Virus record (IMG/VR): IMGVR_UViG_3300024265_000033
Coordinates: 1 to 64,000 of that record
DNA: 64,000 nucleotides
Direction: 5' to 3' (one strand)
From: a virus
Part shown: piece by piece, positions 54,722-63,891 of the stretch
How positions within the stretch are numbered: position 1 is the stretch's first letter
Layout of the letters: each line of letters begins with the position of its first letter
Translations under genes and position numbers: made by a program
Notes under the pieces: model-generated
What the model was told of the DNA's origin: nothing
The model's database searches: none
What the model saw: only the letters and a program-made list of their open reading frames with translations

Positions 54722-55801
54722 TCAAGTTAAAATGTTGCCTGTAGGCCTAATTTGTTTCTTAATATATTCATGCACTTGACTCATATTCCTATCGAGCCTT
54801 ACAAAAGCGGCTGCAGGATGCTTTAATTTGAGAGTCTTATTTTTGATGCCCAGTCCTATCTCTCGTTTTATGTGAGACTCCTCAGATACCTCTAAATCGA
54901 GTACCAAACGATAATCCGCATCTATTTCACACCACAATGCAATGTGGCGGCTCTCAAGCGTCGCGGCCATGTCATCGAACTGTTTGCGAAATTCTTCCGG
55001 GATCTCTTGTAATGTGTCTTGACTGACTTTGCCTCTTTCCATAGTCTCCCACAGAGCCAAGGGAGAGGCTCCTGAAAGGATGCGAGCTATTCTAAGATAG
55101 GCTTTACTCTTGATCTTTACGCGCTCCCCATTATTAAAGAGCACGACAAAGCCCTCTTCATCAGCCCCCATAGTTTGTTGTTTGGCTATCATCTCTTCAA
55201 TTGAGATATCGAGCTTCTTTACCAACTCAAGACCTGTGAGTTCTGCAGCCAGCATCAATTGTGGCCAAGCATATTCTATCCCAGTCGAGGTGTCGTACAT
55301 TGCGAGCAGGACAAGCTTTCGCTCCGTTCCATAATCTAAAATGATTCTATTCTCTGGATAAATGATCTCAACCAAGTATGTGGCTTCCTTGACAAATTTA
55401 TCAGTATTATATAAAGCCAGCATGCCATGAGCCTCTAGGGCTTGATCTGATGAGAAACTACCTCTGGTATTGACGCGCCACATGTCATTGTGATAATAGA
55501 CAATGCCTAAAGAGCCGTCCGCTTTGTCGCACACTCGATATTGCGACTTATCTTTTTTGATAAGGTTCCGCCACTTGGATGCTGCGAGTTCTTCCCAATT
55601 GAAGAACTTAGGGAATGCCTTAGCTACAACTCGGCCTGTGTTTTTGTCGTACACCGTGCCCCTTGCGTTCTTCGTGTACTTATTCCATTTCTTTTCATAA
55701 GTGCAATGGTCTGTATAATTGTATAGCACTAGGTCGCCGTCTTCTACCTTTCGCAAAAAGCCATCGGCTGCCAATTCATCAAGCCTTTTAATATGATCCA
55801 T
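54722..55801 (-). CDS. T4 Rnl1-like RNA ligase
   Basis: LYNYT, ARG, FPKFFN, motif I KADGSLG, TRGSF, EIIYPENRI, EEGFV, RVKIK. Confidence 0.92.
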   Translation of the reverse strand: MDHIKRLDELAADGFLRKVEDGDLVLYNYTDHCTYEKKWNKYTKNARGTVYDKNTGRVVAKAFPKFFNWEELAASKWRNLIKKDKSQYRVCDKADGSLGIVYYHNDMWRVNTRGSFSSDQALEAHGMLALYNTDKFVKEATYLVEIIYPENRIILDYGTERKLVLLAMYDTSTGIEYAWPQLMLAAELTGLELVKKLDISIEEMIAKQQTMGADEEGFVVLFNNGERVKIKSKAYLRIARILSGASPLALWETMERGKVSQDTLQEIPEEFRKQFDDMAATLESRHIALWCEIDADYRLVLDLEVSEESHIKREIGLGIKNKTLKLKHPAAAFVRLDRNMSQVHEYIKKQIRPTGNILT

Positions 55802-56780
55802 TGATAACCCCCAAATGAATTCGTGCAAGGACATCGTCCAATTTGTGTCGATTGAGCTTGGCGGGCAAACTACTGGAGAGCCGTGCCCGTTCTAAATCTA
55901 TCAAATTACTCTCTATGAGAACTGCTACCTCTTTGTAATCAATCAATCCTTGTTTGATATCGGTGACTAATTTCCTATCGGATTCTTTGAGAGGTAGCGT
56001 GATGTGATTAGTCTCCAAAAGCTCTACTCCCTGAATACTGACTCTTACTGCGTGACTCAAAGCTTTCCAATCAATGCCATTGTTGTTTTTGGCCTCTCTC
56101 GCTCTGTGTCCATAATTCTTGTAGATCTTCTTTAGAATCTCCAACACATAAATGAAGTTGCAGTGGTAGTCGAACTTTTTACCTAGGATATCCATGGCAG
56201 GGGTCAAAGGACCTCCCATCCCTTTGGTAGTATCCAGTTGTATAAAATGGATGTGATCGAAATCCTTTAATGCTTCTTGGATCTCATACCAAGCGTGTTT
56301 GAGTTTGGCTCCTTGAAAATCAAATCCTTTTTGAACTTCTTTGAGAACCGTAATACATTTGGATAGTTCTCCCATCCGAGAGCCTTTGATGCCGTATTTG
56401 TTTGCTTGCTGTCGGGCGTACCCAACCATAGCACTCACTTGACTGCTTAGAAAGAAACCTCTATCCCCACGCAGCTCTTTCCAAAGACGGCTCTGCTCTA
56501 GTATGAATTCCTCGGGAGTGAAGAGTAGCTCAAGTGCTGCAGTGTCTCCTTTCTCAAGCATCTTTAAGAACTTCTTGAAGCTGTAGAATTCCACATCAAC
56601 GTCGTCCTTTGAATTCTTGAGATTGTCATCCCCTGTGGAAGATCGTCGCGTGTCCTTGTAATTGCCTATTAGAATTTCTCTAGCCTCGGGTAGATATACG
56701 CCCTTGAAATCCTTATCGGACGTCGGAGTGTTGGTACCAAACAAATGTGAGCCTGCTACTGCTTTGACTAATATTTTCAT
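55788..56780 (-). CDS. Pol-beta superfamily nucleotidyltransferase (T4 NrdC.11 / RlaP-like)
   Basis: GSHLFGTNTPTSDKDFKGVY, DVEFYS, ALELLF, KALSHAVR. Confidence 0.88.
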   Translation of the reverse strand: MKILVKAVAGSHLFGTNTPTSDKDFKGVYLPEAREILIGNYKDTRRSSTGDDNLKNSKDDVDVEFYSFKKFLKMLEKGDTAALELLFTPEEFILEQSRLWKELRGDRGFFLSSQVSAMVGYARQQANKYGIKGSRMGELSKCITVLKEVQKGFDFQGAKLKHAWYEIQEALKDFDHIHFIQLDTTKGMGGPLTPAMDILGKKFDYHCNFIYVLEILKKIYKNYGHRAREAKNNNGIDWKALSHAVRVSIQGVELLETNHITLPLKESDRKLVTDIKQGLIDYKEVAVLIESNLIDLERARLSSSLPAKLNRHKLDDVLARIHLGVINGSY

Positions 56781-57784
56781 GATAACTCCCATACGATTTC
56801 GTCGAACTCGTCGTACAGTGGTGGATAAAAGCTTTTAATCATAAACTCGAATACGTCCGGGGTAAGCACCTTACCAGTCCTCTCGGCGTTACGCTGATGG
56901 ATGACTGACATTGGAGGCAACAATACTACTGCCTTCTTGTGCCAACTCTTATCTAATTGACTGAGTATTCGCCTACGACTCTTCTTACTCATGTGAGTCA
57001 TGTCAGCTACAAAGTTCTTATGGGCCTTAACCAATTCTGTTTTTCTTATTTGCTCTAACCTAGTCACAGCCTTTTGATCCACACTTGCCCACTTTTGAGT
57101 GTATGTGTCGCCTGTGCCCAGCTCTTCTACAAATGAATCGCGTGATAGTACCGCGTGGTCTGGAAGGTTTTGCTTTATGTATGTAGATTTGCCGCTACAA
57201 GGCAGGCCAATCATGACTACGGCTTCTCTAACCTTAGACACATCGAATATTCTATTGGGAGGGGCTGGAAATATAGGCACTACTTCTTCGTGCGAAAAGA
57301 ATCGGCCCTCTCTGTCTGCGGTGGATAATGCTATCAGTTTGTCATACAACTCAGGATTCGCTACCATTCGCTCAGATAACTGTTTAGGAGTGAGTTTGAA
57401 GGGCTCCGTGTGCATAGCAATCATTTGAAATATAAGTCTACTCTCGTAAGGAGGTACATCAAGATCCTTCAAGATATCTAGAGCCATGAATGCAGACACC
57501 GCTTCGTGACTGAAAAACCTTACTCGCTTCGTCTTCTCAACCGCCTCTCTACACAGAGGCTTTCCAATATCATGCAGCAAGGCTGCTAGCTGCACACACT
57601 CGTCGTATTGTTCGGCCATTTTACATACCATCATTGTATGAGTCCACACATCGCCCTCTAAATGATAGGGATTGAGACTGAAGTCGCCCTCGGGATAATC
57701 GAAATGATGATCGCTCTCTTGCATGTGGGACACATTCTCTGGGTAGTTCTCTTGGAACCATACTACAAGCTTATTCATTGTCAT
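56777..57784 (-). CDS. HD phosphohydrolase fused to P-loop polynucleotide kinase
   Basis: HLEGDVWTHT, LLHDIGKP, FFSHE; GLPCSGKST, SRD, DMTH. Confidence 0.9.
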   Translation of the reverse strand: MTMNKLVVWFQENYPENVSHMQESDHHFDYPEGDFSLNPYHLEGDVWTHTMMVCKMAEQYDECVQLAALLHDIGKPLCREAVEKTKRVRFFSHEAVSAFMALDILKDLDVPPYESRLIFQMIAMHTEPFKLTPKQLSERMVANPELYDKLIALSTADREGRFFSHEEVVPIFPAPPNRIFDVSKVREAVVMIGLPCSGKSTYIKQNLPDHAVLSRDSFVEELGTGDTYTQKWASVDQKAVTRLEQIRKTELVKAHKNFVADMTHMSKKSRRRILSQLDKSWHKKAVVLLPPMSVIHQRNAERTGKVLTPDVFEFMIKSFYPPLYDEFDEIVWELS

Positions 57785-58055
57785 CAGGAACTCCGCATAT
57801 TGCCCAATAAGAATGGGTAGTTCTCTTGCTGATCCATTTCAAGCAAGGGTTTTCTGGCGCATATCGTGTGCCGCATACATATTTACATCTCTTCAGAATT
57901 CTGAGATCCTTCTCAGTTCCCCAAAGCTCTGAAGAGACGTTATTAATTACTGTTTGTGGGCAGGTTATACCCAGTACAAGGTATAAACTGGCTATGAAAG
58001 GTGATGTCAAGAATATTCCTCCTCCGAAATTAGAGATTTGCCGCTCTCGGCACAC
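57771..58055 (-). CDS. small Cys-rich exported protein
   Basis: hydrophobic leader then CP...C...C...PCL...AICG; start uncertain. Confidence 0.5.
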   Translation of the reverse strand: MCRERQISNFGGGIFLTSPFIASLYLVLGITCPQTVINNVSSELWGTEKDLRILKRCKYVCGTRYAPENPCLKWISKRTTHSYWAICGVPDDNE

Positions 58056-58276
58056 CTATCGAAATATTTCACATATTTGTGTATTTTGTCCGCTTGGTCT
58101 TGGGCCTTAGTCAAAATCTCTTTAATCTCAGGATCGTCGGTTTTTCTGGCCGCTGAGTTGAGTTTTGCCATCAATATAGCTAAGCGATTGTTAAGATTGT
58201 GTCCTAAATGTGACGCTATCTTTTCTGTTACCTTAGTGTTTTCTTCATTCCATTTGTAAGCGTTATCTTTTTTCAT
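58007..58276 (-). CDS. stand-alone HisKA (DHp)-like domain protein
   Basis: KIASHLGHNLNNRLAILMAKL...DPEIKEILTKAQDQADKIHKYV two-helix H-box pattern; no CA domain. Confidence 0.65.
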   Translation of the reverse strand: MKKDNAYKWNEENTKVTEKIASHLGHNLNNRLAILMAKLNSAARKTDDPEIKEILTKAQDQADKIHKYVKYFDRCAESGKSLISEEEYS

Positions 58277-58295
58277 GATAACCTCCCTTTCTTTC

Positions 58296-58511
58296 CTAAA
58301 GAATACCAATAGACTCGGGTATTGTCAAGCCTTTTTGGATGGAATAATCTTTAGTATTGCTGATTAAAATAAGAAATCCCTGAGGCAAATCCGTGCCCGG
58401 GGCAGCGTTGCCTCTAAAATCAAAATAAGTCCATCTGGCGGCTGCTTCTGCGTCCTCAACTGATTTGTGGGTGCTCAGGTATGCAGATTTATAAAATAAT
58501 TTTATGGTCAT
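58296..58511 (-). CDS. hypothetical protein
   Basis: GGAGG RBS before MTIKL. Confidence 0.5.
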   Translation of the reverse strand: MTIKLFYKSAYLSTHKSVEDAEAAARWTYFDFRGNAAPGTDLPQGFLILISNTKDYSIQKGLTIPESIGIL

Positions 58512-58519
58512 GTGTCCTC

Positions 58520-58918
58520 CTAATCCCATGGGTCTTTTAAGCTTTCACACCATTCAGAGTGTCCATCGGAACCCTTCATGAATGTGTGCTTCAAGCCACA
58601 ATCACAGTCCCGCTTAGTGCCCTCTCTAGGCCCTATGTACTCTAATTGATCCTCTGTTACATTTTGGTGATGCCCCTTCCATTCCCACTCTGGGATGGGA
58701 GTGTATAAAATGTCCCAGTGGTCCTTCTCCCAGTTGGCTGCCTGTGCTTGCCAAGGGATTCCCCGATACATCACTATACTGCCGAACTCTTCGTGAGGTC
58801 TGGAGTTCTCGTCAACCGAAGGCATCCACTCTTCTTCCTTAAACTCTCGGTCGCCGCTCTTGAAGTTCCGGTGTACGTTATTTGAAATATTCAAATTTAT
58901 ATCAATATAGTCCATCAC
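58520..58918 (-). CDS. hypothetical protein with C-terminal Cys/His motif
   Basis: CDCG...HSEWC. Confidence 0.55.
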   Translation of the reverse strand: MMDYIDINLNISNNVHRNFKSGDREFKEEEWMPSVDENSRPHEEFGSIVMYRGIPWQAQAANWEKDHWDILYTPIPEWEWKGHHQNVTEDQLEYIGPREGTKRDCDCGLKHTFMKGSDGHSEWCESLKDPWD

Positions 58919-59493
58919 TTATTCCAAATCAGAGCAAGATCGTATCCATCATTGAATTCGATTATCTGCTCGGGTTTACAAATCTTACGCCATTCGTCTG
59001 GAGTCATTAGACGTTCATCTCCAAAACTAGGCTCTTCATATTTTGCTGAGGGTACATAATGAAGCAAGGTCTTCGTGTGGGTTCTTTGAAGCGCAATAAT
59101 ATTGCGTATTGCTTCGTCTGGAAAATGCTCCAGTACCCCATGAGAGTGTATTAGACCTATATCATAGACATCGCTAGGAAAGGGCTGTGAAATATCATGC
59201 TCGTGTATATTAAAATCAGGACCCGCCTCATTCATATTCCTATAAGCCAGATCTAACATATCATGCTCTACATCGAGTAGCAGATAAAAGTTATCCCCCC
59301 CGAACCGCTCTGCCAAGATACGACTGACATTGGCCGCCCCGCATCCAAACTCCGCTATTGTGGAGCCCTTCATCTGAGCCGCGTAGTCTGCGATCAGTGT
59401 GAGAAATGGGTTGTACTTAGTGGCTACATGAGTCCTATATCGATCATTCATGCGGTCAACATAGTGCTCAAACCAAGTCTTTGTCATAGACAT
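58915..59493 (-). CDS. class I SAM-dependent methyltransferase
   Basis: IAEFGCGAA, LLDVE, HDI, HSHGVLEHF. Confidence 0.85.
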   Translation of the reverse strand: MSMTKTWFEHYVDRMNDRYRTHVATKYNPFLTLIADYAAQMKGSTIAEFGCGAANVSRILAERFGGDNFYLLLDVEHDMLDLAYRNMNEAGPDFNIHEHDISQPFPSDVYDIGLIHSHGVLEHFPDEAIRNIIALQRTHTKTLLHYVPSAKYEEPSFGDERLMTPDEWRKICKPEQIIEFNDGYDLALIWNK

Positions 59494-59752
59494 CAGTGTT
59501 TTCCCTTTTCTTTTGATCTTCATAGCCCGCTGCAACTCTTCTGTAATACTCGAAAGCCACACAAATCAGAGTGCCCATCACAATACAAATAGTGAGGTAC
59601 TTCTTACCGCGCATCATAGTGAAACGATCTAGCACGCTACTAATGAAGTAGTTGAGGTCCCCGGGATCGGCTCCGCCTTTCGCTAATGCAAGCTCTGCGT
59701 CCCGAATGGGTTTCTCAAATGGTTTTCTTCTTTCCTGTTTAGTGTACGGCAT
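59468..59752 (-). CDS. conserved phage protein (DUF6899-like)
   Basis: MPYTKQERR...GDLNYFIS...GTLICVAFEYYRRVAAGYEDQK. Confidence 0.7.
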   Translation of the reverse strand: MPYTKQERRKPFEKPIRDAELALAKGGADPGDLNYFISSVLDRFTMMRGKKYLTICIVMGTLICVAFEYYRRVAAGYEDQKKRENTDVYDKDLV

Positions 59753-59754
59753 AT

Positions 59755-59898
59755 CTATCTCCCTTTGCCAAAACAGCATTGATCTATGGATGTCTGCAGC
59801 CTGTCGTTTATTCCGGCATACCTTACAATCATATATTGCTGCAATGCCATGAATATCACTGCAGCAACTGCGATGGTTACTATTGATTCCTTGCTCAT
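59755..59898 (-). CDS. small membrane protein (not in ORF track)
   Basis: 47 aa MSKESIVTIAVAAVIFMAL...; ATGA overlap with upstream stop. Confidence 0.5.
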   Translation of the reverse strand: MSKESIVTIAVAAVIFMALQQYMIVRYAGINDRLQTSIDQCCFGKGR

Positions 59899-60173
59899 GC
59901 TGCTTTTTTCTCCTCACGTCCAGAGTCTATAATGGCGTAGGAAATCATAGAGTCCTGAAACTCGGGGTCTTTGCATACCCGTAGGAATGCGGCACCGCAT
60001 AGGACTTCTTTTGTGACGTCCTTTCGAGCTTCTACATCATAGATTTCCAGATCCAAAATGTCTACCATGAGTTCCGAGATGTCAGATAGACTTAGTTCTT
60101 TTTTGCTCAGGGTATCGTAATACCTGCCTTGCCCATGTCGTTCTATTATGTGCTCATCCATTTGCTTACGCAT
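59895..60173 (-). CDS. PhaR/PhbF-like DNA-binding domain protein
   Basis: IERHGQGRYYDTLSKKELSLSDISELM...IYDVEARKDVTKEVL parallels PhaR IKKYPNRRLYDT..S.YITL..V...V...VD...GED.T..VL. Confidence 0.7.
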   Translation of the reverse strand: MRKQMDEHIIERHGQGRYYDTLSKKELSLSDISELMVDILDLEIYDVEARKDVTKEVLCGAAFLRVCKDPEFQDSMISYAIIDSGREEKKAA

Positions 60174-60199
60174 ATATCTACCTCCTGTGTTAGATATAA

Positions 60200-60514
60200 T
60201 CAATTCTGGACTCTAGCGTACTCCTTGGGATCTCTATCGTCCAAAACAGTTAGTTCGTACTTACTGTTCAAAGTCTGAAAAAGAAACTTCCTGTCCTTTT
60301 CTACATAGCTGCACTCTTGAATCTCTGAAGTTGAAATCCGGCGGAAGGGTAAGCCCGGTGTCAAAGACTTTCCAAAAATAATGAAACCATAGCCCACTTC
60401 GGGAATGTGCGTACACTTGCCCTCCATCTCCTTAGTTCTGACATTATTGTGGCTAGATTCAATTTGCTCTAACTTCACATGTAGCATATCCTCTCCCTTC
60501 ATAAAATTCTTCAT
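60200..60514 (-). CDS. hypothetical protein
   Basis: 104 aa; PEVG..F...RRISTS...FQTLNSKYEL. Confidence 0.6.
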   Translation of the reverse strand: MKNFMKGEDMLHVKLEQIESSHNNVRTKEMEGKCTHIPEVGYGFIIFGKSLTPGLPFRRISTSEIQECSYVEKDRKFLFQTLNSKYELTVLDDRDPKEYARVQN

Positions 60515-61143
60515 AAATACCTCCCCACTAATTTCTTATAAGTCTGACAAGTAAGTCGTTTCGTTGACCGCTTGGTGCCACAGTTATACCGGGTCCACCA
60601 ATCAGGGTCTTTCCCAAAATCTTTTCTGAAGTCTCCCAGTATCAGGGCTCCTGAATTTACAGAGTATGTCAAATCGGTCATGATTCGTTTATAGTCCATT
60701 TCATATCTTCTAGACGTTATGTAGTTGACCTGTGAGATCCCGGCGTCTGCAACAATACAAGAAGGTTTTGCACTCAACGCTGCAAAATGTCTGCCTGTTT
60801 GATTTTTTGGTATAGGTCCCCGCATAGAAAATACAGCCTCGGCTATCTTCTTGTAGGGAAGACCGCACTGAATGTTTTTGGCTTTGAGATTGTAATTGGA
60901 CTCTTGCCTTAGCATAGCAGTATAAAGGCGTGCTGGGATTTTGTACTTCCGAGCTGCTAGGTGTATCACATTGGATAAACGCATAGCGTATCGCCTGTTT
61001 ATTTTAGGGCTATTCTTTATAATCTGACAATAGATAGGATGCTTTACACACCTATTTGTCTTCGGGGGTTCCGCTGCCAGAGTCTGTAACACTGTCAGTA
61101 GGAACACTGTCAACATTATCATCGGTATCTTTAACTTCTTCAT
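60511..61143 (-). CDS. SLT-family lytic transglycosylase with signal peptide
   Basis: MLRQESNY, DAGISQVN, VNSGALIL, RYNCG. Confidence 0.85.
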   Translation of the reverse strand: MKKLKIPMIMLTVFLLTVLQTLAAEPPKTNRCVKHPIYCQIIKNSPKINRRYAMRLSNVIHLAARKYKIPARLYTAMLRQESNYNLKAKNIQCGLPYKKIAEAVFSMRGPIPKNQTGRHFAALSAKPSCIVADAGISQVNYITSRRYEMDYKRIMTDLTYSVNSGALILGDFRKDFGKDPDWWTRYNCGTKRSTKRLTCQTYKKLVGRYL

Positions 61144-61534
61144 CTTTTTTACCGTCCTTTTTTTTGGCTGGAGATCTATTTATGATCTCCTCTGCCTTCT
61201 TCAGAGCCATATTGAATATCTCTTCCGAATATATTACTCTCACTCTAAAGGAGGGTAATACTTCTTGGAGCATATTCATTATGCCCTCGGCGATTGTTCT
61301 CTGCCTCCTGAGCAATCGTCCTAGCCACTTCAGCTTCAAATAGATTAACATTACCTTGTAGTTTGTGTCAATTAAAATATTCACGTCATTGATATATTTC
61401 GATGAGCTGTAAATATTTAGAACTAATGCATTTTTCAACTGAGGTGTGTCAAGCATCTCCATTTCAAGGAGCCATGCAGTGCCTTCCTGCAGCATTTCTT
61501 CTCTAGTTGATAGTTCTGAATTACCGTCTTTCAT
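61052..61534 (-). CDS. hypothetical protein
   Basis: 160 aa; GGAGG RBS. Confidence 0.6.
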   Translation of the reverse strand: MKDGNSELSTREEMLQEGTAWLLEMEMLDTPQLKNALVLNIYSSSKYINDVNILIDTNYKVMLIYLKLKWLGRLLRRQRTIAEGIMNMLQEVLPSFRVRVIYSEEIFNMALKKAEEIINRSPAKKKDGKKDEEVKDTDDNVDSVPTDSVTDSGSGTPEDK

Positions 61535-61554
61535 GGTTGTAGAATACCTCCTTT

Positions 61555-62154
61555 TTAGTCAAATGTCAAGTGGAAGTGAATAATGGCATGGCCTAATCCT
61601 ATGGCATCGCAGACATCCGAGTCAGATTTATTCTTATCCACATCAAATGCGGTGTGGTAGGCCTTGTTGACGTACCGACATGCCAAATGTTTCTTAGTGA
61701 TTATAGGGAGCTGCCTAGCCCCTTTAGGGAGCTTCTTATTCCAAGCCCTGCGGGTCTTATTGAGCCTCTTATCGTCCTCTGAGAGTCTCAGGTTGAGGTC
61801 TGTACGCCATCCTACAGGCCCGTCAGAGTCCTTGTAGATGACTGTGTCTATCTTGTCCTCAATGCGGTCTAAGAGGATGAAATGAAGGCCGTCTAGAGTC
61901 TTCTGTGAGATCCTGTTCTTGCCTAAGTTGACCTCTTCTATAATGATCCGCTCGGGCTTGTGTGTGTCAATTAAGTCGCGGCACTGTCTCGCCATATCTC
62001 TGAGACGGTATAGTTTCTTCCTGAGCTTTCCCAATTTGGTCTGCCCTTTGGTATTTGGTTTGATAACTCCATAATTCATGAGAGGTTTTTCTCTGGCAGG
62101 ATCAAACAGAGCCCAGCCTGTACTTGTGGAGCTGAGATCGAATACCAAAAGCAT
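61555..62154 (-). CDS. RuvC-like Holliday junction resolvase
   Basis: VFDLSSTSTGWA, IIIEE, WR, DSDVCDAIGLG. Confidence 0.85.
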   Translation of the reverse strand: MLLVFDLSSTSTGWALFDPAREKPLMNYGVIKPNTKGQTKLGKLRKKLYRLRDMARQCRDLIDTHKPERIIIEEVNLGKNRISQKTLDGLHFILLDRIEDKIDTVIYKDSDGPVGWRTDLNLRLSEDDKRLNKTRRAWNKKLPKGARQLPIITKKHLACRYVNKAYHTAFDVDKNKSDSDVCDAIGLGHAIIHFHLTFD

Positions 62155-62948
62155 CAGTCGTAGCCTCGCTCTTCTTTGACAGTCCAATCCTCTTCGTAAG
62201 TTGCATCCTTCCAATCATCAAATATCCAAGTGTCGTACACGTCTACGTTCCGTTGTCGGTAGACTGTCATTTCCGGATATTGAATAGCACTCAAAAACCC
62301 ATGACCTTGGCCCCTACAAAAAGCTCCTGTATCTACATTAGCGTAAAAGCTTCTGATTCTAGGTGTCAGAGGTTGAGGGGTGTGTCCGTGAATATTATAG
62401 ATGTCTGGATTGTCCTTCAACTTACTAGGTCTGCCCCAAACAATGTGTTCTTCAAAATGATTTGCTTGATTTTTTCTCCGCTCTTCGTCCCAACGCCATA
62501 CATTGCCTATGAACGAGTGAGAAATGACAAGCTTCCTGCCAAGCGTATTCGTGCAGTCTGGGTATTCGATAAACAAGGGAAGTGTTTCGAACCAATCCAT
62601 ATGATCTTTCATGTCAACTTCTACTTTGTCCCTATTATCGTCATAAGTCTTTCTGGTATCAGGACCATAGGACATGAAATAACTGTGAACTGTCGCATCT
62701 CCTCCGTTTCCGCCCCATATGCTACTGTAGCGAGGGAAAGGACCTTCGTCCATCATCATGATTTCGTGATTTCCTTTGACACAATCGTAGCCTCCGGCTT
62801 TAACGAAATCTACCACTTGTTTGGACTTTGGACCTCTGTCAATAAGATCTCCCACAAATGATACTGGTACGTCTTTCGGGAACTGCTTCATGAGTTCCAT
62901 CAAGGTATCAAAACATCCGTGAACATCCCCAATTACAATACGGCTCAT
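62154..62948 (-). CDS. Ser/Thr protein phosphatase-like metallophosphoesterase
   Basis: GDVHG, VGDLIDRGP, KGNHE, HGHTP, VDTG. Confidence 0.92.
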   Translation of the reverse strand: MSRIVIGDVHGCFDTLMELMKQFPKDVPVSFVGDLIDRGPKSKQVVDFVKAGGYDCVKGNHEIMMMDEGPFPRYSSIWGGNGGDATVHSYFMSYGPDTRKTYDDNRDKVEVDMKDHMDWFETLPLFIEYPDCTNTLGRKLVISHSFIGNVWRWDEERRKNQANHFEEHIVWGRPSKLKDNPDIYNIHGHTPQPLTPRIRSFYANVDTGAFCRGQGHGFLSAIQYPEMTVYRQRNVDVYDTWIFDDWKDATYEEDWTVKEERGYD

Positions 62949-63523
62949 GAGTTCTCCTTGATTATCTTCAAGATAGTGGTATGCGGGATGGGTTTCAAAT
63001 CCCACGCATCAACTCCTACATGAATCATGCGGCCTTTTCTCTTCTTTCTAGCATGAGTATGGCCGTGTAACAACCATTCCCCTTGATCCATGATTCTCTT
63101 GTGCATATACCGAGTGTCCCAATATCCTCCAAGGAATTTGTGCTTTAGCCACATACGAAACGTGGGCTGATAGGGAAAATGGCTTAGGAATATCTTGTAA
63201 CGATCCTCCCCGTCATTGAGGTAAATGAAAATATTCTCATGCACTTCGTCAAATCCTGCCTCAAGCATCCATTTGGCGTGTTTGTCGTGGTTTCCCTTGA
63301 TTAAAATCTTACGTCCGTTCAGACGCTTTAGGGTCTGAGTTGTGAGTTCTTTCCCCGCAAATGCGAAGTCCCCTATTACATAAATTGTGTCTCTTTTTTT
63401 AACCCTATCATTCCAATTCTTAATCATGATCTCGTTCATTTCTGATACACTCTTGGCCCTCTTCGGACAAAAGTGTAAGATCTTTTTGTGATGAAAGTGG
63501 TTATCGCTTGTAAACCATATCAA
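62945..63523 (-). CDS. calcineurin-like phosphoesterase
   Basis: TSDNHFHH, IGDFA, KGNHD, SHFP, HGHTH, VGVD. Confidence 0.9.
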   Translation of the reverse strand: MIWFTSDNHFHHKKILHFCPKRAKSVSEMNEIMIKNWNDRVKKRDTIYVIGDFAFAGKELTTQTLKRLNGRKILIKGNHDKHAKWMLEAGFDEVHENIFIYLNDGEDRYKIFLSHFPYQPTFRMWLKHKFLGGYWDTRYMHKRIMDQGEWLLHGHTHARKKRKGRMIHVGVDAWDLKPIPHTTILKIIKENS

Positions 63524-63534
63524 AATATACTCCT

Positions 63535-63891
63535 TTATAAATCATCTATCTTCTTACGTTTGTTGCCTTTCGCGTCAATCCATTTATTGCGCAAGGCTTC
63601 TTTCTTATCATTAGTCTGTATTAAATCTTCCATTTCCACATCCCTAGCGTGGTTTCGTGATCGTGCTTTCAATACGGCATTCTGGCCCTTCTCTACCGAC
63701 CTACCCTTCTCTTTGGCTGTGGGATCTCTAGGCTCCAGAAACTTGGTATCCGGAGCTACCAAAATCTTTTTCATTACTGTTAGGGGATGTGGCATACCCT
63801 CTTCGTCTTGATTGTGATTACACTTAGGCTCCTTCTTAAAAGAGTCCCTCTCGTATCCACATAATTCACATCTATATCTTTGTAACGGCAT
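63535..63891 (-). CDS. FmdB-like Zn-ribbon protein
   Basis: MPLQRYRCELCG...C; AGGAGG RBS. Confidence 0.6.
   Translation of the reverse strand: MPLQRYRCELCGYERDSFKKEPKCNHNQDEEGMPHPLTVMKKILVAPDTKFLEPRDPTAKEKGRSVEKGQNAVLKARSRNHARDVEMEDLIQTNDKKEALRNKWIDAKGNKRKKIDDL

Noticed and set aside
44-63811. Numerous plus-strand ORFs in the track (e.g. 44-643, 44846-45436, 62253-62861)
   Set aside because: They are antisense shadows of well-supported minus-strand genes, with no motifs; only 5069-5398 was kept
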